DNA of 63,655 nt, counting the filler, from Folioceros fuciformis (lineage: Eukaryota), in the NCBI GenBank assembly GCA_049999805.1. It is 4 parts of 2 records of this genome, joined end to end, with 100 filler letters (N's around TTAATTAATTAA, not from the genome) between each part and the next. Parts side by side here need not be neighbours in the genome. Positions count along the whole stretch, not along the records: positions 1 to 22,833 come from JBNGIO010006264.1; positions 22,934 to 41,569 come from JBNGIO010006264.1; 2 more parts are not named here. One strand, written 5' to 3'. A program made the translations under genes and the position numbers. Numbering within the stretch: position 1 is the first letter of the stretch; every line of letters begins with the position of its first letter. Below, in pieces: positions 12,301 to 26,539 of this stretch. The notes under the pieces were generated by a model, which was not told the origin of the DNA, did not search any database, and was given only the letters and a program-made list of their open reading frames with translations.

Positions 12301-14254
12301 CTCAAGGTTTCCCAGGCCCTGAGCCAAGTAATCCAAGTACTCGATAACGGCCACTGACATTTCGTCAGAAAACCCAGGGAGCGCCACCAATGTTCCTGGA
12401 ACAGGGTTGATAAGTTCTATAACATCCTCCACTGGTGCGTGGATCAAACCATACGTTGAAGAAAAAAAGAATAAAAATGCTTGACCGTAGCTCATGAACA
12501 TTGAGTTCCCCTTTACCCAAGTCTTCGACCAGGAACAGAATTCAGGAGCATACGCGGTACTGTAGAAACCACCAACTGTAATGATCGACGCCCCCTTCAG
12601 AGGACTACAATCGGCAAACTGTTGGAGTGCCATCTTTCTGGCGTCTGGACCAGCGGATACCATCTTCTGATTCACAAAGTATGCTGCCAGTAGAAAAGTA
12701 CACAGCATTTGTTACTTACTCTCCTAGATCTGAGCCCAACCAAATCACCCACGTCTATGACAGCTCTAGACTTGGTTGGTAGGCAACTTTGGAAATGACC
12801 TGAATAGACCATAATGAGACAGAGTCAGCACCCTGAGATTCAACAATGTATCTAGTGAGGATCTCAGGGATGAACTGCCGCAAAACCTTTAGTTCATCAT
12901 AGTCATAGTAGGCAAGCATCTGCATGTACATCTCATTCAATATTGTCACCTTGTCGCTCAGTAAACAAGGGTTGCAGGAGTACTCAGGAGCAAATCTGCC
13001 AAAAGTTGCCGAGGATTTGTAAGCTACATCGTCAACAAACTGGACGTCCAGAGTCTTCACATATTGCTGCATAGTATACGGACCAAGCTAACACAAAACA
13101 TGAGATGGAAAATAGGCAAGTCAGATATGCGGCATTTGCTCTTCATTGCATTACGCTATGCCTGATTTAAACGAGAAGAGAGCCAGCAACACATTCAGAT
13201 TATGGCCAAATAAACTCACCATGTTGAAAACGGGATTGCCAGTGAACGGTGCATTGGTGGCCATAACCACATTAAAGAAGTACCAACTCTTGTAGGAGCC
13301 ATCCACAACCTCAAAATCAGAAGTGTGAAAGCCTCTTGTCGTATTCCTTATGACAAGCCTCTGTGAGTGGAAGATGGATAACAGTGGTGAAGATGGAAGC
13401 TGATGTAGTAAGTGTTTCCCAAGTAATAACCCCACCATCCTCTCCAAGTTTGAACCTTTGCATACAGAACTTGCTATCAGGATATCTATTCTGATGTCAG
13501 CTGCCGCCTGGCTGTGGCACAGTAGACCAAAGCAGCAATGCTTCCAGTAGGCTTGGCTGAACCGGATACCAAGAAAACAGACTGGACTGGTCTAGATGAA
13601 GCAGCATGTAGCAGAAGCTTTCTGCAGCTAGACGAAACAAGTGCCCCAAAGCGAAAAAACCGAAATGGATAGCCGCTACGCTGTCAGACTCAGAGAGAGG
13701 AAGGGTTGCAGTTCACTCACCTTGTAAAGCGTATGCTGAATACCAAAACGGGATGCCGGCAGCGCTGCCGTCAGCATCAAAATAATGCCAGATAAAAAAC
13801 ACAACGTTGCGATTCTCATTCGACCTTGCCCTTCTGCCAGGTAACTGAGCTCACCCTCATTAGAATGTGCTGCAGAGAGATTCTCAGCCAATTCTGTCTT
13901 CTTCTCAGCAGAACCCGGAGACACGGGTTTTGACCCCTCTCCACCTCCCCTGCTTTCGGGAGTGTCTCCACCAATGGACAACAACCCTGGAGGAGGTGAT
14001 GACACCTTCAATGTCCCCCTTCGGCTCCCCGACGAAGAAACTATTTCGGGTCCCAAGATCAGCCTGGGTTGGGAGGAGGTGCTCAATTCAGCAGCTCCCG
14101 GCAAGGAAACGGGAATCCCTGGATCCGCCTCAACATGTCGTCGTAGATGACTGGCTCCAGCGCCCACCAGGCTCTCCAGTCCAGAGAATGATCTACTCTG
14201 TTCCCGGGAACTGTCCAGGACAGGATTCCACCCAGCCGATACCACATGGGCCAT
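9384..14254 (-). CDS. CD36 / scavenger receptor class B (SR-B/LIMP-2) family membrane protein, multi-exon
   Basis: N-terminal TM (RIATLCFLSGIILMLTAALP). CD36 motifs in the correct order: WYFFNV..NPVFNM|LGPYTMQQ, DKVTILN, TRTVGDILYGYDDPWL, INTGSRNISK, HGSLF...WLRHVTL...LHGLTTYKYRL, GVIDMTR..SLPLFYRADP, MDVEPYFGAT...IQ, LFPV. C-terminal TM FLLTTVLPLIGVTLILCGVHIWW-RKR, then a ~470-aa low-complexity last exon. Start codon and linkage of the last exon are inferred. Confidence 0.8.
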
Positions 14255-14507
14255 GCCACAGGACAGCAGATGTGAATTCTGGGTAACGCAGAATGAAGCA
14301 TTCAGCAACCGGCCATCTTCACGATCCGCGTAACCTAACCGCTTCCGTTGGAATAAAGCCGGTTTTGTCGATTGTTCCTGTGCGTAGAAGAGAAGGTTTA
14401 GAGTGGGCGCTGGGAAGACCTATGGCTGGAAGCATGCTCTCGTGCGATGGGCTTGGAGGAGATTGATTAGACGTGAATTGGCTGAGAGTGGAGCCCGAGA
14501 GTCTGTC

Positions 14508-15862
14508 ATGGACGAAGCTCAATTCATGCGGCTCCTGGGTCTATTCCCCATGGTCAGAACGCGGGATTACTGTGTGAGTCTCAGCCTCGCCTCCTCCTTA
14601 CGGCAGCTTGTTTTCACTGTCATGCTTGGTGCATAAGATTCTCCTGTCCAGCTGGCTTCTGCAGAGCTCGAATTCTGTTTTTTGGGGTGTTTGGTGTTTG
14701 TGTCTCGGAGGAATCATGGTTGTGAATCTGTCAAGTCATCGGTCAGTATCTGCAGCTTTGGGTTGCAACATGCTCGTTGACGGAAAGCGGGATCGGCATT
14801 TGTCAATTGATCGTCTGGAACGCGGGCAGTTGGCCGAAGTTGCTGTGGTTTATTAAGGGGCTGGTCAGCTCTTCAACCTCAGGGGTTTTGTCTTCCGTTC
14901 ATATCGGTCGGGGCGGTTGCGGAGAAATTGACCTTCAGCATAAGTGGATCGATTTTGTGAGACATGCGTATTCACATTTTGTGGAGGAGAGTTGTGTGTA
15001 TAGGCAGGAATCAGAGTGGTTGTGTGGTTCGAGTCTATTGTGATCTCTGGCTCTGGTGTTCTGGGATATTGTAGGCCAATGAGGTGGCAAGCAATGCCTC
15101 CTCGATGCTTCCAGATTTTGAGCCACTTGGCGAGTCCTTGAACACTCTACAGGCAAGTCTGGTTTGTTATGTGCGTTGTTGGGGGCCTGTGCTGGGAGAT
15201 CGATACGTCAACAAGTGAAGAGGTATGATCTTGCGTGGTAAGGTTTGGTGGAAAATGATGATAGCAGATAACAGAGGAGCGTGCAGTAGGAGATGGGGAT
15301 AAGGACACGAGTTCTGCTGTTGAACCCATGCAGAAGCTGACTGCCAAGCAGTCTCAGAACACGCCAGGTTCTTCAACTCAGCCTTCAGCAGCTGGCGGCG
15401 GGGTGTTGTCGGTGACTCATGCGATTTCATTCCAGTGCCACGAGCGTATCATAACCTGAAAACGTCTTTGGTGCAGTGTCCTTTTGGGAGCTAATGCAGC
15501 AGCAAGTTGAGGCTAAGGTACAACACGTTCTAGTAAGATAAGGATTTCTCACAACTCGGCATGGCTAGGCTCTGCAACATGTTCCTCAAAGCTGATTTTC
15601 CAAATTGTTCTGTGCAGTTTGGCCAGGCTGAAGCAGAACGCTTCTGTGACGCTTTCAGGGCACAGCATAACGAGTTGGTATACATTTTCATCCCCCATCT
15701 TTGGCAAACCTGATGTCCTTCTTATTCCTGCTATATCTGTACAGGTATTGAGGACCTCAACTCTAACAGACTGTCTGAATTCATGCATTTGTGCAGGTGA
15801 ATGACCTGCTGTCTTTGGACTCCATTGAACGAATTGCGAAGAATCTCTGGCCTAATGCGTGA
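14508..15862 (+). CDS. Small conserved plant protein of unknown function, multi-exon
   Basis: MDEAQFMRLLGLFPMVRTRDYC | ... SFWELMQQQVEAK | FGQAEAERFCDAFRAQHNEL | VNDLLSLDSIERIAKNLWPNA*. Resembles a plant family with LL.LFPVVRSRDY...FW.KL...EAERFC.AF...H. One probable GC-AG donor (CAG|GCAAGT, ~15153). Confidence 0.7.
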
Positions 15863-16287
15863 TGGGCAGCACGTGAGAGGCTTTCTCCGTTGCAGCTGCA
15901 AGGAGGAGCAAGGACGCAGTTTTTGGGGACGCAGTTTCGGAGACGCATTGTCTCCTTGTACATATCGGCGTTGCAATTCTCGATGATGAATTGTGCAACT
16001 GAAGCACACAGACGATGCCCGTCTGTTACTTCCCAGTAGTGCTTCTTTGTCCTTATGTCCCAGGTGCAGAGGATGTCAGCGACGGGCGGATGAGGAGTCG
16101 TCCAGATGTCTCGTGTACGATGGCTTGAATAAATCCCCACAATTTTTTTGTACACGTCGTCGCATTTGTTTTGGCTGGCTCGTCGTATGCTACTCTCGTC
16201 TACACACTATCCTCTGGGATGCAAAGCGATGCGAGCTCCTTGCGCATTAGCAGGATCAACCATGACTCTATGGGAATCGATTGTAAA

Positions 16288-18825
16288 ATGGCAGCTCTCG
16301 TCTCTGGGTCCTCTGTGCTGCCGGGCTGCTGCCAACCTATTCCGTGGCGATGCCTTCGACTGCTAGGTCTAAGGCGATGCAGGACACCTTTCACTCGGAG
16401 AGGTGCACTCGCTGGAGCCCTCGGTACCAAAAAAGGAAGAGGAGCGCAGGAAGTGGAAAGGCTGTGGCACAAATATTTTTCGGACCCTTCAGCATGGTGG
16501 GACAACCGACTGAGCAAGGTGAGCCTAATTGTGTGAGCTTCCTTCGCCATATGCGTGTCTGGCATGTGGAAGCAGCTGTGTTGATAATGACGTGTTGAGC
16601 AGCCAAATCAAAAGCATGCCGACTTCTGCCACAAGAAGACCCAGCAGCGCCTCTGGCTCAACGACAAGCACAAGCCACTTTGGGTTGATTCCCAGCTTGA
16701 TGATGTCCACGGCAAGCAGGGGATTGGGCTGGTTGAGCTCAAAGGGTGCATGCGGTAATTCCTCTTCTTGGAAGGGATAAGTTGAGGAGCATGCATACAA
16801 GGGCTTGGTTGCCAGTTTGTATCTGCAGAAATATGTTTTCCCGCGGGACTGAGAGGTTGCTGATTGTTGGTTCACAGTGGCTCTGAAGATGTGCTGGAAG
16901 TACATGCTCTGTGCAAGGATGGCCGGTTGGACAAGGCACTGGAATTCTTGCTTTCCATGGATGAGAAGGGCAGGGTTCCATCCGTGCAGCTGTATGTTGA
17001 TCTCTTGCAAGCCTGCGAAGACAGGCAGGGGTTGGCTGAGGCCAAGATGGTGCATTCTCATCTTGCCAAACATGGGCTAGAGTTGAACAAGTACCTCGGA
17101 GAGCGTGTGATTACCACCCTTATCAAGTGCGGGGGCCTTCAATGTGCACTCCAGGTGTTTCAACGGTTTCCGCATCGAAGTGCTTTCTGCTGGACGTCAG
17201 TTATCTCAGGATACAGTGAGGCAGGTGACGGACAGGAGGCTCTAAGACTGTACCAACAGATGCAAGCAGAAGGTGTGCAGCCGAGCAAGTACACTTTCCT
17301 CAGCTTGATCAATGCTTGTACCAGAGTAGCAGACCAGGAGCAGGGCAAGCGAATCCATTCAGAGGTTGAGAAGCATCGATGCCAGTTTGATCCGTATGTG
17401 GGTGCAGCTCTTGTAAACATGTATGCCCATTGTGGGAGCGTTGCAGATGCACGTCATGTCTTTGATGCACTGCCGAATCGAGACCTGGTCCTGTGGAACA
17501 CCATGATTGGTGCATATGCTCAGATGAACGAAGCAGAGAGAGCTTTCGAACTTCAAGCACAGATGCAAGAAGCAGGCATCAAAGGAGACTTGTGGACCCT
17601 TGTGAGCCTTCTCAAAGCTTGTACCACACTTGCAGACGTCGAGGAGAGCACGTTCGTGGATGGGAGGCGTATCAAATTAAAGTCACTGGAAAAGGGGAAG
17701 GCACTACATGATGGAGCTCTTCAACAGGGCTATGGCGCAGATGTGTTTGTAGGCAACAGCCTTGTCCGCATGTATGCCAAGTGCGGAAGCATAGCTGAGG
17801 CGCGGCAGGTTTTCGACACATTGCCCCAGCGGGATATTGTATCATGGAATGGTATGGTCGCAGGATATGCTCAGCAGGGCGAAGTAGCGCAGTGCCTGAA
17901 ACTTTACTCCCACATGCAGCAAGAAGGCCTCAGTCCCAACGAGGTGACGTTCCTGTCCATCCTTAAAGCCTGCAGCAACACTGGAGCTCTGAAGACATGC
18001 AAGCAGATCCACCACGACGTGCTGCTTCTTGGTCTCGAATCCAATCTCAGCGTGGCTACTGCTCTGATCCACACGTACTCCAAGTGCGGAAGCATGGCGG
18101 ATGCAAGGGACGTGTTCGACTCACTCCCTTGCCCCGACGTCGTGGCATGGAATGCGCTGATTGCTGGATACGCGGGTATGGGAGACACAGCTCTGTGTAT
18201 TCGCTGCTTCCAGAAGATGCAAAAAGTAGGAGTCGAGCCTACGGGAGTCACATTCCTCGTGATCCTCTCAGCATGCAGTCATGCCGGCAAGGTGGAAGCA
18301 GGCCTCCAGTACTTCGACTCTATGATTTCATCACACGGTATCGTCCCCGATGCCGGACACTACGCCGCTATAGCTGACCTAGTCGGCCGGGCAGGGCTGT
18401 TCCAGAAGGCAGAAGATCTGATCTCCAAGATGCCTCTCCCGCCAGACCTCGCCTTCTGGCTGTCTCTCCTTGCCTCCTGCCGGAAACACAACAACGTAAC
18501 CCTAGCAAGACGCTGCTTCGACTCTCTGCTGCAGCTCGATTCGAGACACGGGGCGGCGTATTCCCTGATGGCCACCACCTACGCGCAGTCCCAGATGTGG
18601 GAGAGCGCAGACGGTATAGAGGATCTACGGGAACTGGCAGGCGCCGTGAAGAAATGTGGCTGCAGTTGGATCGAGCATCATCAGCAGCTCATTGTATTCG
18701 AAGCAGGAAACGTGACTGGCCTGCGGCTCGAAGAACGGAAGCAACTGTACCACATGCTGCACAGTCTGAATTCTCAGGTGGAAGAGATCTCCAATGGAGA
18801 TTTGTGCCCTCTCAATAGCAGCTGA
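16288..18825 (+). CDS. PLS-class PPR protein (E/E+, truncated DYW) with an N-terminal OSB-type PDF motif
   Basis: Exons 16288-16518, 16603-16754 and 16878-18825 splice in frame (phase 0 and phase 2 GT-AG introns). Arg-rich transit-like N-terminus; LWHKYFSDPSAWWDNRLSK|PNQKHADFCHKKTQQRLWL...PLWV; P-L-S triplets, E1/E2 and KKCGCSWIE; stops before any HxE/CxxC. In-frame ATGs also exist at 16219 and 16270. Confidence 0.85.
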
Positions 18826-19629
18826 GGCGCTCCAGGAATGGGAGCCAGTGAAGAGAAGATGCACAGTCTGCTTTCTTAGGATGAGCAGCCGTCTCAGGAT
18901 GACGGAATGGGACCATGCACTGCCCGCAAGAACCGTCTTGGCTTGGACGAGATGGGATGGAGAAGTCCCGTATCTCCCGTTTTCCATAATGGATAAGTCT
19001 CTACGCTCCTTCGTGACGGAAATATCTCCAGGCTTCTTCCTGCCGGAGATATCTCCAGGTTCCGTCTCAGCGGAGGAAAGCCACAGGACAGGAGTTGAGG
19101 AGGAGCAAGAGCCTGCCGTTGCCCAAGCTCCATGCTGGATGAAAGGGCTGGACAATGGAGACGTCTCCTAGCTCCATCTCAGTCACAGAGTCGCACACCA
19201 AGGAAGGAAGCGGAACTAGACTTCGTGTCACAGTCTGCGTTCTCTAGGTAGCAAACTATCAGCAGGCTCGGCCCGTCGGGCAACGGTTTGCACTTCCCGA
19301 GAACAAGGATCTGGAGGGGATTCTGGAAGAGAGAGACGCTGGGTTTGTCGTACAGCCTGTTTTGCAGCAGGGGAAGATACCGCGCATGGTCCCACAGGAC
19401 GCGATAATCCGATGCTGTTGACCTCCGGTTTCTTCAAACGATGCATGCTGCTGCAGGCTTTCCTGGCCTTCACCCTGGGTGCCGCGGCGCAAAGGTTCAC
19501 GGCCCTGCGAGCCTAGCACTGGCCACTACTCCGGCCTTTTGAGTAGCAGTGGCCGGCTGATCTATCACTTGAGACAATCTCCCTCGGCTCCTCCGCCCTC
19601 TCTCCTGCACTGCCTGTTGCATCGAAGTT

Positions 19630-20271
19630 ATGGCAGGGCTGCGCACGCTGCGGGCGGCACTCCAGTGCCTGCTCCTGGCTGTGGCGTGGAGCTCTCTTGC
19701 GGAGGCAGGGGTCAGCTTCAAAACTCTGCCCAAGGCGTTCATTGTCTCTTCCCAGATCCAGGGCAGCGAGGGCAATCTGACTTCCGCCATCGCCAGAGCT
19801 GGGATTGATGCTCTGAGCATCACCTGGAGCCTGAACAGCTCCTTCTCCGGACAGGACCAGAGCTACCGCACCCTGAGTGCTAGGCTCTGCTTCGCGCCGA
19901 AGAGCCAGCTCAACCGCAAGTGGAGGAAGGGATTCGACGATCTGGACAAGGACAAGACCTGCTACCAAAAGATCGAGGATGTGCCGTACTCTGCTCCAGG
20001 AGGCTCGATTCTGTGGAATGTTGCTAAGAACGTGCCCAAGGCCACCTATTTCTTGCGCATCTACTCCTTAGACGCCGATGGTAATGAGCTTGCCTTCGGC
20101 CAAACTACTGACAAGAACAAGACCATCAACCTGTTTCAGGTCCGTCCCATTTCAGGGCGAACCCTCTCCATCGATATCGCCGCTGCCTGTTTTTCCACAT
20201 TCTCTCTGGTGGCCCTGGCAGCTTTTTTCTTCCAGGAGCATAGGTATGCCAAGAAGAAGGGCCAGCTCTGA
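19630..20271 (+). CDS. NAR2: High-affinity nitrate transporter partner NAR2/NRT3, intronless
   Basis: Signal peptide; GVSFKTLPK, LCFAPKSQLNRKWRK..DDLDKDKTC..KI, VPKATYFLR.Y..DA....AFGQTT, ISGR..SIDIAAACFS.FS TM segment and basic tail. Confidence 0.93.
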   Translation: MAGLRTLRAALQCLLLAVAWSSLAEAGVSFKTLPKAFIVSSQIQGSEGNLTSAIARAGIDALSITWSLNSSFSGQDQSYRTLSARLCFAPKSQLNRKWRKGFDDLDKDKTCYQKIEDVPYSAPGGSILWNVAKNVPKATYFLRIYSLDADGNELAFGQTTDKNKTINLFQVRPISGRTLSIDIAAACFSTFSLVALAAFFFQEHRYAKKKGQL

Positions 20272-21639
20272 TCTGCAGGCCTGAATGCTAGGAAGAAAGC
20301 TGGCGTGCAGGCATGCCTGAATATAAGCACCTCCTCATGCCAGTCGTGATTCCTCCCATGCATCGATATAGTGAGTAAGCGATGTACTTGATTCATTCAG
20401 TGTATGTACTATATCAATCTGCGCGGGCTTCTGCCCACGTGCAGCTTCTCAACCGGTTGTCTTGCAGTGTAAGAGGCTGGTAGAAAATGATCTCGCACTC
20501 CTGCAGTTAGTCTTGTACACCGAGCCTCGTAAGAAGTATGGGCTCCAGCACATGTGGGATGTGTGACTACCACTCCACCCTCAGTTTGTGATTCGCGTAC
20601 TTCCCGCACGCAAGTGTTAACTCCAGGCACCTCTGCGTGTTGCATGAGTGTACTGTATGTGACTTCAAATTCTCTCAGTCAAAGAGCACTGAAACTTATC
20701 TGGCTATCGGCCTTTTTCTGGCTTTCATGGAGTGCGGATCATATCTGAATGCAACCGATGTTCCGGTTAGATCTGTAAATGGAAGTCGGCAAATATCCTG
20801 AAGGCTGCTACCCCTTGACGACAAGGAGCGGAGGTTGCAATACGGCATGGTGCTGAAGAGTGTCCTTGTTGCTTGTTGCGAACTGTGTGTTCTCTTCCGT
20901 GTGTGCATGAGGCTACTTTCCTCATCTCCAGTACCCTACAGCGCGGCCCCGCTTCCGTACACATAGCCTGGAGTAAGCGTGCACCTGTTACGCAAACACT
21001 AGGGTGCTGCGACGCATCGTCTTGACATGGAGTCAAGTGCAACCAGCAGCCGATGTGCACAAGGGGGGATGCCGATTTGCGTATCAGGTTGCAGGTTAGA
21101 AGGACCCTTTGGAGTGACCATGACTTGCCTGGAAGTAACTGTCATCTTGTGTTTCCGACAGGCCTTGTGCGTCCTGCGAGTACTGACGACTGCACTCGTC
21201 TTACTCAGGATTCGTTCTTGGCTTCAGGACTTCCTGAGGTCTGGCCTCACAGCTGAATGCACCTGCTTCCAAGTTTCAACTGTGACGTTCCGATCCAAGG
21301 CCCGGAGAGGCTCCGATCAAGAGATTCGAGCCTGCTCCTACTAACACTACACTTGGTCCTGTCCCGCCAGTTTTGACCGAGTATCTCATGCTGCAGCAGT
21401 TTAGGGTCAACCGGCTTCGTTGCCTGCGTTTCTGAAATATGCTCAGCTACTTATGAGAAAGAAACACGCCTGTCAGGTTCAGTCTTCTTCTGAGACACTC
21501 GACTTGGGAAGGAGAGGCACCATGAACCATCTGCGTGTCCAAGGAAACGAGCTGCTCTGGATCTGTTGCTGTATGGCGTGCAGGCTTATGCACGAGGGCT
21601 CCCAGTTGTTTGCCCTACTTGGAGGAGAGGCTATGCAAC

Positions 21640-21780
21640 CCTAAGGCTCCAGTGATTGCAGAGGCCTTCAGAACGCAAGCGAAAGTAAAGAGATGCGGCC
21701 TTGTTGCTCCATTTGTCCAGACACAACCAGTGCCTCTCGTCTGAGTCCTTTGCTATGCATACTTACTTCCCAGCAAGTGC
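21640..21780 (-). pseudogene. Short PLS-PPR relic
   Basis: Minus strand reads REALVVSGQMEQQG, then after a frameshift PHLFTFACVLKASAITGAL, like a P-to-L motif junction. No intact ORF. Confidence 0.4.
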
Positions 21781-22833
21781 TCCTGCTCACGGCAAGGATC
21801 TCGTTGGAAACTCGACCTGGAAGCTTTTTTTTGCCAAGCGTTCGCTCCTTCTCTAAGAGCTCCTCGGGTTGTCTTGCAGGTACAGACAAAAGCCGGTGGT
21901 TGGCAGATTGACCCTGTCCTCCTTGGGGGATAGATTGTCGCCAGCGGCCGGGAACAGATCAAAAAGTCGAAAGGGCTCACATACAAAAATTCATATTATA
22001 CTGAATCACGTCATCCACAACGTGGATCGCTTACCATTCCACGGACGGTTAGGAATGCGTCCGGTGCTGTCCTGTCCTACCTTGGACAAGTTACGGGCAT
22101 ATACAGTACACACATAGGTATGTACGTCATTCAGTCTGCGAATTAGTCTAAAGGTATCATGGTATTTGTCGGCGCCTGAAGGCGACTGGGTTGTTCCTTC
22201 CCCAGCGTGACTCTTGGGCTCTCCCTTTCCCGTGCTTGGGGTTCACCCCCACCTCTTTTCTATTCGGGAAAACTAACGCTTGCAAGTAACGTAACGGGAA
22301 AATGTGAATCCACGTCGACAGGTGTGGCGGCAGGTCAAGAAGTCTCCAGTTTGCACCGGTTTTCGGGAAAGGCGGCCAGGGAGCAGCAGACCGGGCGGAG
22401 GCCTGCAGTGATGACGTGAGAGAGAAAGCTTGGCCGCCGAAAAATGGCTGCCAGGGCGGAGGAATCGCTAGTCTGTCTCCTAGGGCCTTCTGACACAGAA
22501 TCTTCCATCCACCCGTATTGCACCTCTGACGGGGGCCGCATCCTCCCCCTCGCCGGGGAATCGCATTAGACTATCCCGCTCGTTCCGAAAGTCCACGCCA
22601 TTTGCATCGCGAGCGCGGCTTCTGGCAGAGGCATTCGGTGTGGCAGTGTGCTGGTGTGGTGTTGGTGTGCTTGTCGTGTGGGTTGTTGCGGAGTTGCATG
22701 CTTTTCAAGAAGCAAAAGGATAGAAGTGTTCGATTGGGGCTGGAGTTGGGGGCGGCAATTGGCAGGGAGACCTGGATGTGGCCGGAGCTGCGCAATCGTG
22801 CTGGCAGGGACTGCTCGCCGGCGAAGCTTCTGC

Positions 22834-22933
22834 NNNNNNNNNNNNNNNNNNNNNNNNNNNNNNNNNNNNNNNNNNNNTTAATTAATTAANNNNNNNNNNN
22901 NNNNNNNNNNNNNNNNNNNNNNNNNNNNNNNNN
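22834..22933. other. Artificial contig linker N44-TTAATTAATTAA-N44
   Basis: 100-bp spacer with a palindrome that stops all six frames; identical to the linkers at 41570 and 62167. Confidence 0.97.
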
Positions 22934-23074
22934 CACCTCTGGCTCCCACTTACTCTTAACCTCCTCCCTCCACTCTTTTTGCTCCCTTTTGTTCTTAACC
23001 TCCTCCCTCTCTTGCTCTCTACCTCCTCTCTCTCTTGCTCCTTGACTCTTCTCTTTAGGCCCATTTAGTTGGCT

Positions 23075-23360
23075 CTTCTCTTTGGGCCCATCTACTCATC
23101 TCAAGTTTCCGAGTCACACATTGTCATTGGATAAGTAAGATAAGTAAGATACCTATAATATCCATGCTATTTCAAAATTATTTTATAAATTAATTTTATT
23201 CATATAATATTTATATTACAAAAAATAAAATAACATTTATAGAATTGGGCTATAAGTGATTGAGAATGCATAAAATAAATAACATATAATATTTATAGAA
23301 ATATAATATAATATAATAATAATCTAATATTAACCTTACTCCCCAACTAGGGAATACCCT
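23075..23360 (+). repeat. AT-rich dispersed repeat, copy 1 (probable non-autonomous TE fragment)
   Basis: Aligns by eye to the reverse complement of ~41170-41405; shared blocks include ATCCATGCTATTT, ATTTATA.AATTG, GTG..TGAGA.TGC, CTAATAT.TAACCTT and TAGGGAATA. Confidence 0.7.
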
Positions 23361-23373
23361 AGGGAGTACCCAA

Positions 23374-23510
23374 ACCCCATAACAAGGAAATACCTTACCC
23401 CATAACAAGGAAATACCTTAACCCATAACGACTAGGAAGTACATTTAGGGAGGGTCAACCCCGCCCATAATATTGAGGGAGGATCAACCCGCCCATAATA
23501 TTGAGGGAGG
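23374..23510. repeat. Short tandem duplications
   Basis: ACCCCATAACAAGGAAATACCTT about 2.4 times; CCCGCCCATAATATTGAGGGAGG twice. Confidence 0.8.
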
Positions 23511-23847
23511 GTCGCCCGCCCATATCATTTTGGGAGAGAATCTCATCTTTGCTACCTTTACATTTACACCAAGTGAACGTAATTTTTTTCCGTGCACTTC
23601 CAGAAAAAAATTTTCGGAAGCACACTGAATAAGTGTACATATTAAATTTACACTTCGAGAATTCTCGCAGCCTGGTCCCAGATGATCGGGCAACAGCTGT
23701 AGACCCTAAATAATGCCGAATACAAGTACAGGGTATGCTATCTGGCAGACGACGATAGTGTATCGGCGTGTAACTCCGCAGCTTCGAGCCTCCTCTTCAA
23801 GGACGCAGAAGCCTTCCTCCAAACCGTTGTGACCACCAGAAACAGCA

Positions 23848-26539
<2,692 letters not shown>

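Noticed and set aside
18794-19171. Frameshifted continuation of the DYW domain
   Set aside because: No HxE or CxxCH motif is recognisable; the resemblance (LRM, LPARTVLAWT) is too short to support a call.
22878-22889. TTAATTAATTAA palindrome as a biological site
   Set aside because: Centred in N runs three times with identical spacing; it is an assembly linker.
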